The notes beneath the pieces were generated by a model. It was not told where the DNA came from, did not search any database, and saw nothing but the letters and a program-made list of their open reading frames with translations. A stretch of DNA of 64,000 nucleotides from positions 629 to 64,628 of the forward strand of contig CAYLNH010000008.1 in assembly GCA_964384625.1 (NCBI GenBank), written 5' to 3'. A program made the translations under genes and the position numbers. Every line of letters begins with the position of its first letter. The stretch's first letter is position 1. Of this stretch, positions 38,451 to 48,005 are shown one piece after another. This stretch comes from an uncultured Lentisphaerales bacterium. Its GTDB lineage: Bacteria > Verrucomicrobiota > Lentisphaeria > JABSQK01.

Positions 38451-41400
38451 CTACTTCGGGAACAGGTTGCCCTTCGGCACGTGGGCGATGGGCTGGGAGG
38501 TGCTTTGCCAGCAGAGATGCAGACTGCCGCTGCCGGTGCGTTGGTACTGGAGCTTGATCGCAACCCGTTTGCCGGCCGTCAGGCGGACGGATTTGGATAC
38601 CGGCCGCGTCGCCCAGGGACTGGTTTCGTTCCAGGCGTCGAGCACCAGTTTGCCGTCGATCCACAAGCGTACCGGTTCGGGTTTCTTCGCCTTCTTGTCA
38701 CGGCCGACATAGACGTGGAACCAGTAGGTCTCGGTGAAACGCGGTGTGATCGAACCGACCCATTGGGCGCGGAATTCCTTCTTCAGCTTCTTGTCCGCCG
38801 GCCATTTCTGCACGACGCCCTTGGGACCGCTGCCGCCGAACCAGATGCACGGGTCCACCCGTCTCAATGTGGGGTCGTTGTCGACATAGTAGATGCCGGA
38901 CAGGCCGGTGCCGTCGGCCGGCAACGCCGGCGCCGAACGACGCAACTGCAACTTGCCTTCGTGCCGCTGGAACTCGTTCCAGCCGGTCACGCGGTAGACC
39001 GGCACGTTGTTCCAGCCGGCGCCCATGAAGAGGACCTCGCCGCTTTTCCGTTTGGTCAACAGCCCGCCAACCAGCATGTCGTACTGCAGCACGGCCTGGT
39101 TCCTGGACGAGTCGCCATCAGACGGATTCACGCGCCACCAGTGATAGCATTTTTCCGGGCCGGCGCCGGTGCGGTCGAACAGATTGCCGACATACAATCC
39201 ATCCTTGGTCCAGACCTCAAGCGGTTGCTCAATCCGATCTGCGACACCAATGCAGTCGTAGACTTCACCAACGATCTTGGTGGGCGTCCATAGCGTACCG
39301 CGCGGTCCGTCTTTAGCGCCGGTGTGGTGATGACCAACCGTCCATAGCAGTTTGCCGTCGCGGCTCCACTTGGTGAATGCGGTGCTGCCGATGTCTTTCG
39401 CCGGCCAGCGTCGGCCGTGGTTCATGCCGTCGCCCTTGCCGTGATGGATCTGATACAGGTCACCATCGTCGCCGTGATAGACCATCTCGGTGCCGATCGG
39501 TCGGCCGCGTTTGTCGCGTTTTCCCGGCGCCCGGCGCAGATGGTCGGGCACGGGATAGATTGTTGACGCAGCCTTCTCCAAAGACGGGTACAACGGCACG
39601 CCGTTCTTCCAGCCCTGTGGTTTGAGTACACGGATCTCGTAGCCTTTCACGTCGCTGCCGTAACCGACGTAGGACATGTAGTAGTTGAAGTCTTTGTCGA
39701 TGGCCCAGCCCGGGCCCCAGCCCCCCCATGACGAGAACTGGAACTCCTCCTTCTGCGGCTCGCCGTCGGCATTGCGGTCGACCCAGACGTAAGAACGGTT
39801 TTTCTTGCTCTTTTCCCCGCCAAGGAGGTCCTTGATGATCCCCGGCTGCTGGCTCCAGTAGTGGTCGATGTTGATGCCGACCGCAACGACCGGCACAAGC
39901 TTCCCCTGGTCTTCATCGACTTTCAGGATGATGCCGGGGCGCTCGTGCACGAGATACTTCTGGTCGCCGTGATACATAACCCGCCAGAACGGTCGAGAGT
40001 TTGAACTGCCGGGGATCAGCCCCTGGCCCAAGCCCTGGTGACGATAGGTCGCGCGCGGCCGCCACCGGCGTTTCTCCCAGTCGACCTCGGCCTCGATGAC
40101 CCAACCCCAGTGTGACGCAAACCATACCCGATTTTCGTTGCGCGGTTCGATGGCCATGCCGGTAAAGAACAACTGGCCGCCGTACCACTCCTTGACGAGC
40201 TTGCCGTCGCGATCGAAGTACGCCGTCCGTCGCGGCGCCGTCCAGGACTCGACCACGGCAAAGCCGCCCTTGCCGTCGGCGGCAATGTCGAAGACGGACG
40301 CGAAATCCGTCGGCACATACAGGCCCTGACGCCGGCCGCCGGCACGGCCATAGGTCTTCAGCAGTTTGCCGGAGAAATCAAAACGTTTGATCTGATGGCT
40401 GCCCTTGCCCTCCACCACCAGGACCTCCTTGCGCCCGCGGTCGATCGCCAGACACCGAGGCGCCGCCAGGTCTCTAACAACCGTCTGCAGTCGGCCCCCG
40501 CTGACACGTACAATGCTGTTCCCGCTGATGGCAAACGGCGTACCGTCCGCCGCCAGTGCGACGTCCCGCAAATCCGGAACCGTTATACTCCCCTTGACGG
40601 TGCTGCCATCCGGTGACCGGACTTCCAGCGGCCCGCCGACATAGCCGACGACCATGCGGCCGGCAGCATAATCAATGCGCGACGCCGCACTCATTACCTC
40701 GAGGCTGCGGATGGCCCACTCTACTTGTGTCTTGCCCTTGAAGGCGTTCCAGAAAGCCAGGCGGAGGTGCCCGTCCTGGGCTTTGACACCGTTGACTTCG
40801 ACTGTGGATACCGTACCCGGGCTGATCGTCACGGTCTTCTGCCACTTCACCTTGCCTTTCTTGTTGGCCCAGCCGACGCACACCTTGCCCATGCCGTCAC
40901 GACGGTTACCCAACTGGTAGCGCACCTTGTAGGTGCCGTCCGCCATGTCGATGCGGAAAATGCGGCGATCGGATGATTTTGGAGCGCGTTTCTCCTGGTG
41001 CATATGGTATTCGGCGTCAACACTGTCGCCGGCGTCGGACTTGCCGCTGGTCAGTTCAGCGATGGATTCCCAGCCGTAGCCGCGCTGCGCGCTGTACACT
41101 GCCAACGGCACCGACTTGTAGCCCCGGCGCGATGCGCCCTTGCCGTGACGAAAGTCAAAACCGGCAATCGTTGCAGTGTATGCCTTGGCTTTTCGTGATG
41201 AGGTCAGGTGCTTGCCGGTCTTCGCCTCGATCATGTGCAGCTGCCCGGCCGCCCGGTTGCTGAACGGCAGGATCAGCTTGTCGCCGGCCAGACACATATC
41301 GGTGCCACTGGACCACGCGGCGAATCCGTGTGACGTCCACAACACCTCGTTCTTCGCCAAATCGACCGCCACCGTCTGCGGCGCGCCCTCGCAACCGGAC

Positions 41401-41789
41401 GCGCTCATGTACAGGATCTTGCCGTCGGTGGCGACGCTGGTCGGACCGCCGTGGCCGCCCGGCCAATGCTGCGGCCCAAAGTCCGTGCCCAGCGACAACA
41501 GATATTCCGCCTTCAACCCGGGCGACTGCAGCAGCTTCCAGCGATAGCTGCCGGCCGGCAGCGGCTTGCCCCGGCCGTCCAGGCCGTCCCAGGCCAGCCG
41601 ATGGCGACCCGGTTTCTGCGGCACGGCGTTGAGCAGCGTCCGCACCAGGGCGCCCTGTCGATCATAGATCGCCAGCGACACGTTCCCGGACTTCTTGAGT
41701 TCGTAAGTGATGGTTTCCTGGGCGTACAGCCCGACGGCCAGCATGGCACTGACCCCGAGGAGGACTTTGCGGGCGCATCTTGGTTTCAT
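38451..41789 (-). CDS. Large secreted protein: FlgD-Ig-like N-terminal domain, beta-propeller-like central region, C-terminal PA14 domain
   Basis: 1112 aa with a signal peptide (MKPRCARKVLLGVSAMLAVGLYA). ...VSLAIYDRQGALVRTLLN...RLAWDGLDGRGKPLPAGSYRWKL is FlgD_ig-like. The C-terminus GLSGIYY...FRAQWVGSITPRFTETYWFHVYVG...VRLWIDGKLVLDAWN...IKLQYQ is PA14-like. Confidence 0.8.
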   Translation of the reverse strand: MKPRCARKVLLGVSAMLAVGLYAQETITYELKKSGNVSLAIYDRQGALVRTLLNAVPQKPGRHRLAWDGLDGRGKPLPAGSYRWKLLQSPGLKAEYLLSLGTDFGPQHWPGGHGGPTSVATDGKILYMSASGCEGAPQTVAVDLAKNEVLWTSHGFAAWSSGTDMCLAGDKLILPFSNRAAGQLHMIEAKTGKHLTSSRKAKAYTATIAGFDFRHGKGASRRGYKSVPLAVYSAQRGYGWESIAELTSGKSDAGDSVDAEYHMHQEKRAPKSSDRRIFRIDMADGTYKVRYQLGNRRDGMGKVCVGWANKKGKVKWQKTVTISPGTVSTVEVNGVKAQDGHLRLAFWNAFKGKTQVEWAIRSLEVMSAASRIDYAAGRMVVGYVGGPLEVRSPDGSTVKGSITVPDLRDVALAADGTPFAISGNSIVRVSGGRLQTVVRDLAAPRCLAIDRGRKEVLVVEGKGSHQIKRFDFSGKLLKTYGRAGGRRQGLYVPTDFASVFDIAADGKGGFAVVESWTAPRRTAYFDRDGKLVKEWYGGQLFFTGMAIEPRNENRVWFASHWGWVIEAEVDWEKRRWRPRATYRHQGLGQGLIPGSSNSRPFWRVMYHGDQKYLVHERPGIILKVDEDQGKLVPVVAVGINIDHYWSQQPGIIKDLLGGEKSKKNRSYVWVDRNADGEPQKEEFQFSSWGGWGPGWAIDKDFNYYMSYVGYGSDVKGYEIRVLKPQGWKNGVPLYPSLEKAASTIYPVPDHLRRAPGKRDKRGRPIGTEMVYHGDDGDLYQIHHGKGDGMNHGRRWPAKDIGSTAFTKWSRDGKLLWTVGHHHTGAKDGPRGTLWTPTKIVGEVYDCIGVADRIEQPLEVWTKDGLYVGNLFDRTGAGPEKCYHWWRVNPSDGDSSRNQAVLQYDMLVGGLLTKRKSGEVLFMGAGWNNVPVYRVTGWNEFQRHEGKLQLRRSAPALPADGTGLSGIYYVDNDPTLRRVDPCIWFGGSGPKGVVQKWPADKKLKKEFRAQWVGSITPRFTETYWFHVYVGRDKKAKKPEPVRLWIDGKLVLDAWNETSPWATRPVSKSVRLTAGKRVAIKLQYQRTGSGSLHLCWQSTSQPIAHVPKGNLFPK

Positions 41790-41960
41790 GACGTGACTCT
41801 CCCTGCTTTGTAATATTATTTATGACCCCTTAAATAACCCATGGTTCCGCCGTTCTCCCGGAATTCTTCGGTGAAACAGGACGCAGTGTCGGTTTCAATC
41901 CGGCAATTGCCATTCATATTCAAGCAGCCGTATGCGCAGTACACACAGCCGCAAGAAACT

Positions 41961-42896
41961 ATGGATCCAAAGATCATTTTTCGTTCCGACGCCCTCCGCT
42001 ACAACCCGTGCGGCGATTTGATCTTCCCATCCGTGATCCGGACGGATTCTCTGCCTGCCCCGCTCGGTCGTTACTATCTCTACTATGCCCCGCATGACTC
42101 TCCCGGCGGCATCTGCCTGGCCTACGCCGATGACCCGGCAGGACCATGGACGGAATACGAGAGCAACCCAATCATCAGCCGTTCCTGGTTGCCGCACTAC
42201 GAGGTGAGTCACGTCTCCAGCCCTGATGCGTTGCTGGTTCCCGGTGGCGTACGCGTGTTCTTCCATGGGGACAATGACACAACGCGAAGTGCCATGTCCA
42301 AAGACGGCATACACTTCGAAAGCACAGCTATCGCTGTTCAAGCATCGCAACTGCCGGATCATTGGACCTGCTTCTACGGTCGTGCTTTTCGCCTACCCGC
42401 TGGCAAACGCGATCGCTACGCACTTCTGTTTGCCGCCTACGGCGACGGTGAGCCCGGCATCTATGCTGCCTTTTCTCCCGATGGCGAAAATTGGGAGTTG
42501 GCACCGGACATTATTCTGCCTGTCCCTGACATCGCTGGCGCGTCCCTTCCCTGTGCCCCCTTCCTGCTTCCGTTCGCTGACCGGCTGTTCCTCGTCGTCC
42601 ATCTTGACTTTGGCTGGTATAGTCAGGCAGGGGGGCCGGTGACGGATGTGTATGCCGTCGAAGTCGATTGTGATCTCAATCTGTTGGGGACCCCACAACT
42701 CCTTCTGCGCCACGACGAGTTTGCTCCCGACAACACCCGTGTCAGCGATCCCTGCATTGTGATCGAGAATCAGGACGTCTATATCTTCCTTTCCATCGGC
42801 CCACGGCTGCAACAACGCCTCGCAGTAGTACATTGGTCCAGTGATCAATTCGCCGCACGCTTGCCTGGAGCAGGCGGCCGCGCTGACTCAGAATAA
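41961..42896 (+). CDS. Hypothetical protein, possibly a beta-propeller glycosidase-like fold (tentative)
   Basis: 311 aa from MDPKIIFRSD. ...GRYYLYYAPHDSPGGICLAYADDPAGPWTEY... resembles 5-bladed propeller glycosidase families. The assignment is weak. Confidence 0.5.
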   Translation: MDPKIIFRSDALRYNPCGDLIFPSVIRTDSLPAPLGRYYLYYAPHDSPGGICLAYADDPAGPWTEYESNPIISRSWLPHYEVSHVSSPDALLVPGGVRVFFHGDNDTTRSAMSKDGIHFESTAIAVQASQLPDHWTCFYGRAFRLPAGKRDRYALLFAAYGDGEPGIYAAFSPDGENWELAPDIILPVPDIAGASLPCAPFLLPFADRLFLVVHLDFGWYSQAGGPVTDVYAVEVDCDLNLLGTPQLLLRHDEFAPDNTRVSDPCIVIENQDVYIFLSIGPRLQQRLAVVHWSSDQFAARLPGAGGRADSE

Positions 42897-42917
42897 CCGC
42901 AATTGGAGGACTTCGCG

Positions 42918-44189
42918 ATGGATCTCGATAAGCATTTCCCGCGCTACGAAGAATACGAGCCCAAAGTACCCGTGTGGTGTTTGACACCGAAACGCGATGC
43001 GTGCATGCACCGGTTTTTCGACACCTCACCCATCAGCCCGACCGGCCGGTACCTGGCCGTCCTGCAATTGCCGTTTGAAGATCACCAGCCGGAGCCGGGC
43101 GACAGGGCAAAGGTTGTGGTTGTCGACTTGGAAACCGGCGAGGACAAGGTCGTCGCCGAGACCTGCGGCTGGGAGCCGCAGATGGGCGCGAACATCAATT
43201 GGGGCGATACCGACAAGGCGCTGTACTTCAACGATGTCGATACGTCGACCTGGAAGCCGTTCGCGTGGAAGCTGGATCCGCTGTCCGGCGGGAAGCAGAA
43301 GATGGACGGCACGGTCTATCATGCGTCGCCGGACGGCAAGTGGCTGATTTCGGCGAACATGACGACCATGCGCAAGACGCAGCCCGGCTACGGCGTGGCG
43401 GTGCCGAAAGACACGGTCGGCCGCAACATCGGGTTGGCTGATGATGACGGTTTTTATCTGACCGACACAGAGACCGGCAAGTGCAGGATGCTGGCGTCCA
43501 TCAAGGAGCTTTTCGAACAGGCCGATCCGCCCATGCAGCTGGAGGGCCCGGAAACCTACGAGATCTACGGTTTCCACAGCAAATTCAACCCGCAGAGCAA
43601 CCGGCTGATGCTCAGTCTGCGCGGCTTCCCCGCTACCGATGACGCGCAGTGGGACATGTTCAAGATCGATCACAGTGCGGTCCGCTTCGCCTGGATCACA
43701 ATGGATCTGGAAGGAGGTCCCAAACACTGCGCGGTCGGCCCGGAGGAATGGGTCAAGGGTGGGCATCACGCCACGTGGTTTCCGGACGGCAAGCAGATCT
43801 CGATGAACCTCAATATCGACCGGGAGGTCTTGCGGTTTGTGGCGGTGAATTACGACGGCAGCGACCTGCACAAGATGCTCAACGAAGTCCCCGGCTCGGG
43901 GCATCCTACTGTCCACCCCGATGGTATACACTTGCTGACGGATACCTATACCTGGGAGAAGACCGCGTTTGGCGACGGCACCATCCCATTGCGTTGGGTC
44001 AATCTGCAGACACACGAGGAGGACGCGGTCGTCCGCATCAACACGAAACAGCCGCACGAGGACGGTGTGCTGCGCATCGACCCGCACCCGGCGTGGGATC
44101 GGACGTGGCGCTACGTCACTTTCAACGGCTTTGTCGGCGGCACCCGCCGTGTCTATATCGCCGACCTGCAGGGCGTCATCGGCCGGTAA
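42918..44189 (+). CDS. TolB-like / oligogalacturonate-lyase-like beta-propeller protein (tentative)
   Basis: 423 aa. GGAGGA lies 7 nt upstream of the ATG at 42918. ...RFFDTSPISPTGRYLAVLQ...VVVVDLETGEDKVVAE...HASPDGKWLIS...HPDGIHLLTD... Confidence 0.55.
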   Translation: MDLDKHFPRYEEYEPKVPVWCLTPKRDACMHRFFDTSPISPTGRYLAVLQLPFEDHQPEPGDRAKVVVVDLETGEDKVVAETCGWEPQMGANINWGDTDKALYFNDVDTSTWKPFAWKLDPLSGGKQKMDGTVYHASPDGKWLISANMTTMRKTQPGYGVAVPKDTVGRNIGLADDDGFYLTDTETGKCRMLASIKELFEQADPPMQLEGPETYEIYGFHSKFNPQSNRLMLSLRGFPATDDAQWDMFKIDHSAVRFAWITMDLEGGPKHCAVGPEEWVKGGHHATWFPDGKQISMNLNIDREVLRFVAVNYDGSDLHKMLNEVPGSGHPTVHPDGIHLLTDTYTWEKTAFGDGTIPLRWVNLQTHEEDAVVRINTKQPHEDGVLRIDPHPAWDRTWRYVTFNGFVGGTRRVYIADLQGVIGR

Positions 44190-44259
44190 GCCTTCTGTCT
44201 TGTTCTATCGCTTGCGTGAAAAGATTCGCCGAGATCCATCGTCAGCGCTGCAATGAATC

Positions 44260-44288
44260 TTGACACTGCCCAGGCCGAGCAGTACCAT
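44260..44288 (+). promoter_or_regulatory. Candidate promoter of the toxin-antitoxin pair
   Basis: TTGACA (44260-44265), a 17-nt spacer, then TACCAT (44283-44288), 40 nt upstream of the ATG at 44329. Confidence 0.35.
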
Positions 44289-44328
44289 TCTCTCACGAGA
44301 TAAAGAGCGAGACGCTTAGAGACGAAAC

Positions 44329-44595
44329 ATGACTGATGACTCAATCCCCTATTTCTGCTGGGACAGGAAGCTGACTGTCAGTGAGATTCGTTCACAGTTG
44401 CGCTCAGCCTCTAACCAAGAATGGTTGCGTCTGGCGTCATGGATCTTGCGAGAAGCAAGTACCGTTGATGTCTGGGAGTTCCTGACGCCGAACGAGGTGC
44501 GGAATCATCTGGACGAACTCATGCCTCTCCTGGGCAGGAGGAGGGCATTCTGGAGATATATCCTGGGGGTATGGCATGAACTGGGAAGAATCTAG
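44329..44595 (+). CDS. Small protein upstream of, and overlapping, the AbiEii-like gene (putative cognate antitoxin)
   Basis: 88 aa: MTDDSIPYFCWDRKLTVSEIRSQLRSASNQEWLRLASWILREASTVDVWEFL... Its 3' end overlaps the next gene by 20 nt. Lower GC than the flanks. Confidence 0.55.
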   Translation: MTDDSIPYFCWDRKLTVSEIRSQLRSASNQEWLRLASWILREASTVDVWEFLTPNEVRNHLDELMPLLGRRRAFWRYILGVWHELGRI

Positions 44596-45238
44596 GGCTC
44601 TGACGCCACTGAAGCACGACTTCCTGGTACCGTTCTTTGCCCGAATGCCGCAGTTTTTCCTCACCGGTGGCTCTGCGCTGGGGATCTTCTATCTGGAGCA
44701 CCGCCTTTCCTATGACTTGGACTTTTTCACGACGGCGGAGCATGTCGATTGGCATGTCTTGGACAACGAGCTCCTGGCAATTGCCAATCAAATAGAAGCT
44801 GATTGCTCATCCATCACTGTCTCGCCGACATTTCGTCGCTATGAGCTCCGTCGGAAAGATGAACGCGAGATACTCGATTTCGTGATCGAGTTCACTCCAC
44901 AGATTGATTCCGAGAAACAGGTCATTGGCGGGCTCCATGTCGACACGCTCCGAGAGATCACCGTGAACAAGATCTGTACATTGGCAGGTCGCAGTGAACT
45001 GAAAGACATCGTAGATCTCTATTTCCTGGACCAGCACGGCTATCATGTGGCCGACCATTTCGAGGAAGCAAGACAGAAAGAAGGTGGATTGGATCCGGCA
45101 ATGATGTCCTATCTGCTTGAGAATCTGCCGATTCAGGAAGTTCCGGAATACGTACTTAAGTCGGTGGATGTTGATGCTCTCAGGCAGTTCAAGGAGTGCC
45201 TCCGAAAGCTGCTTGCTGAAATGGCCTTCCCCGAATAG
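44576..45238 (+). CDS. Nucleotidyltransferase AbiEii/AbiGii toxin family protein (DUF1814)
   Basis: 220 aa. ...FFLTGGSALGIFYLEHRLSYDLDFFT... is the hallmark NTase motif of this family. Confidence 0.8.
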   Translation: MNWEESRALTPLKHDFLVPFFARMPQFFLTGGSALGIFYLEHRLSYDLDFFTTAEHVDWHVLDNELLAIANQIEADCSSITVSPTFRRYELRRKDEREILDFVIEFTPQIDSEKQVIGGLHVDTLREITVNKICTLAGRSELKDIVDLYFLDQHGYHVADHFEEARQKEGGLDPAMMSYLLENLPIQEVPEYVLKSVDVDALRQFKECLRKLLAEMAFPE

Positions 45239-46705
45239 TCATCCCGACAATTCGCCGGTCGCCTCCAGCGATTTCGGCTGAAACGGAAAGCCTGGGGGCC
45301 GGTTGCGGCGTTCACCGCCGTGATAGAACGGCTCCCGTACCGTGCGCCAGGAGCGCGCGCCCCAACGGTACGAACGGAACGGGTCGCGGATGCGATCCAT
45401 CTCCGCCAGCAAGGCGTCGTGCAGGCCATCCCGAACTGCTGCCAGGCTGTCGTCGCCAATGCGGTTGTGCTGTTCCTGCGGGTCCGTTTCCAAGTCGTAC
45501 AACTCGTCGGTTTCGAGGAAGTTGATCACCAGTTTGTGGCGACCGTCGGTCATCGCGCGGATGGGATAGAACTCGCCCCAGTCGTCATGGTTCACCGCGA
45601 ACCGGGTGAAGCCCATCATCACCCGCTCGTTCACGGTGTCAGCGGCGCCGGTCAGCAGCGGCACGAGGGAACGGCCATGCAGGCATTCCGGCCGTTCGAT
45701 GCCGGCCAGTTCGAGCATGGTCGGAAGAATGTCGACGTGGCTGACCAGCGCGTCGGACACCACGGGTTCCTGGCCCGGTAAGCGAACGATGAAGGGGATG
45801 TTGCAGATCTCTTCGTACATCATCGGGCCTTTCGACCTCAGCCCGTGATGCGCGATCATGTCGCCGTGATCGGACGTGTAGATGATCGCCGTATCATCGG
45901 CGTGAAGCTGATTCACAGTATCGATCACCCGACCGATCTCGCGATCGACATAACTGTTGCAGCCGAAGAACTTCAATACACCCGGCGATTTCGTCCATTC
46001 CGTGCCGGCCCGGTTGGCCTGCTGCCGATGTATCTGCTGCAAGGCAGGCTTCTCCGCGTCCTCATCCAATTCCCGGGCAAAGCCGGCGAGGTCGGTTGGC
46101 GAGAATTTTTCCCAGTACTCCGGCGGCGCCACGAACGGGCCGTGCGGTTCGTCGAACGAGACCGCCAGCACGAACGGTTCATCGCCCACCTGTGCCAGAA
46201 AATCGATCGCCCGATCCGCGACGCGATGGCCCCAGATGTTCTCCTCGGTGAAGCCGTGTTCGCGCAGGGCGTCAGCGTCCTTGCAGCTTTTGTACGCCTT
46301 GAACTGTTCGGCGCCGATGTCGTTGCAGTACGTCATGCCGTCGTACCACCAGTCCGGCTCGAAGCCGCCGCCGGCAATGCCGTCGCCAAAATAGCCGCCG
46401 CCGTCCAGATGCCACTTGCCGGTGTACGCGGCGCGGTAGCCGTAGTGCCGGAAGATCGTGCCCATCAGCGGGAAGGTCTCGTACGGCGGCACGTTGTTGC
46501 ACCAGGCGCCGTTAACGGAGGGATGCGTCCCGCTGAAAATCCCGCTGCGAGCCGGTGTGCACAGCGGACAGGCTGTATAGGCGCGGTTGAACCGAGTTCC
46601 CGTCTCGGCCAGCCGGTCGAGGTTCGGTGTGTCCACTTCCGGATGGCCGTAGGCGCCGACCATGTCCCGGTTCTGGGTATCGGTCATGACAAAAACGATA
46701 TTCAT
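45239..46705 (-). CDS. Sulfatase (formylglycine-dependent, Cys-type)
   Basis: MNIVFVMTDTQNRDM...YTACPLCTPARSGIFSG (CxPxR)... GGAGG lies upstream of the ATG at 46705. No signal peptide is evident. Confidence 0.9.
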   Translation of the reverse strand: MNIVFVMTDTQNRDMVGAYGHPEVDTPNLDRLAETGTRFNRAYTACPLCTPARSGIFSGTHPSVNGAWCNNVPPYETFPLMGTIFRHYGYRAAYTGKWHLDGGGYFGDGIAGGGFEPDWWYDGMTYCNDIGAEQFKAYKSCKDADALREHGFTEENIWGHRVADRAIDFLAQVGDEPFVLAVSFDEPHGPFVAPPEYWEKFSPTDLAGFARELDEDAEKPALQQIHRQQANRAGTEWTKSPGVLKFFGCNSYVDREIGRVIDTVNQLHADDTAIIYTSDHGDMIAHHGLRSKGPMMYEEICNIPFIVRLPGQEPVVSDALVSHVDILPTMLELAGIERPECLHGRSLVPLLTGAADTVNERVMMGFTRFAVNHDDWGEFYPIRAMTDGRHKLVINFLETDELYDLETDPQEQHNRIGDDSLAAVRDGLHDALLAEMDRIRDPFRSYRWGARSWRTVREPFYHGGERRNRPPGFPFQPKSLEATGELSG

Positions 46706-46789
46706 CTCAGTCCTCCTGGCTGCCGCCGCCGCACCGGGTCGGCCGTCGCGTTTCAAGCGGGGTTTCCCGGTTCGGGCGGCGGGCGCGCC

Positions 46790-47278
46790 TCAGTCGGGGT
46801 CCGGCCGCCGCACCTTGATCACCCGGAACCCGATCTCCTCGTCGTTCACCCGAACCGTGACCCGGAAGGCGCCGGCATGCGGGAAGGCGCAGCCGGCCAG
46901 CTGGATGGGAAGTTCGACAATGTCGTCCGGCTGATGCGGCGCGTCCGGGTGCAGGCCCACCTGGCCGCCGGCAGCGATAAGGATCCGCTGCGGCACGTCT
47001 GCCTCGTCCGCGCTGTCATCCACTGCAGGAGGTCCTGCGTCAGCCTCGACTTCCGGCACGGAGGGGTCTTCGACGCGGACCTCGACCTGGAGCGGGAACG
47101 CATTCGCCGGGACGTTTGTGACCAGGGCGGTGATGCAGAACGGCGGCGCGGCAAACGGGAATTCTTCCGCGTTGAAATGGGTGAAGGTCCCGATCAACGA
47201 CAGTTTGCCGGTGCCCTGTTCCCGGATCACCAGGTCCGAGAGGATGATGGAGATGCATACTGGTTCAGCGTAGCCCAT
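46790..47278 (-). CDS. Hypothetical protein
   Basis: 162 aa from MGYAEPVCISIILSDLVIREQGTGKLSLIGTF... Coding-like composition. Family not confidently recognised. Confidence 0.5.
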   Translation of the reverse strand: MGYAEPVCISIILSDLVIREQGTGKLSLIGTFTHFNAEEFPFAAPPFCITALVTNVPANAFPLQVEVRVEDPSVPEVEADAGPPAVDDSADEADVPQRILIAAGGQVGLHPDAPHQPDDIVELPIQLAGCAFPHAGAFRVTVRVNDEEIGFRVIKVRRPDPD

Positions 47279-48005
47279 GGTACGGCACAGTAGTGCCGAA
47301 ACGACGAGGTGTCGAGGGGAAAGCGTTGGGGATGGAGTGGTCGAGGACACTGGCGATAGCCATCGAGAACCGTCGGCGCCTTTCGGCACCCATCGATCCG
47401 CCGGCGCCCTTGCCGATTACCGATTGCTGATCACCGAAGTCACAGGCAGCAGCTCGCGCGTGCTGCCTTCGTGCCGTCGGCATACGCTGCACCCCGTCAA
47501 TGACGCATTACGTAAGTACTCGACCGCGCCCGTCTGCCGGTGCTGCAGGGCTCCAACGCGGCTGCATGTCCAACCGACGAATGTAGAATGGAGAATGACC
47601 AAGTACGGATTCGGACCGGATTCACGCGACATTGATGCGTCTGGTTTCCGCCCTTGGACATTGGGCGTTCCTCTGTTGAGGTCCCCGACCGAAGTCGGGG
47701 AGGCGCGGTCGAGACGACCGCGGCCACGCTCGGAAGCAGACTGTCTGCGACGGTCCGCAGGACTTCTGTCGGTGGCATCTCTGTTGAGTATTGGATATTT
47801 CCGCCAGTGCCCCCTGCTGCCCCGCTGGTGCGGGGCAGCAGGGGAAACGATTGCTCCCATGCCGGACGAATCTTCGGACCACGGGGGCAAGCCCCGTGGA
47901 GCCGGGAACGTCTCAAAACGTGGTTTGTCGAGCACTTACCGTATTACTCCTCCCTCCGTTCCCTACCCTTGTGGCTGATCCCTCCCGCCCGTATAGTAGT
48001 TGGCT

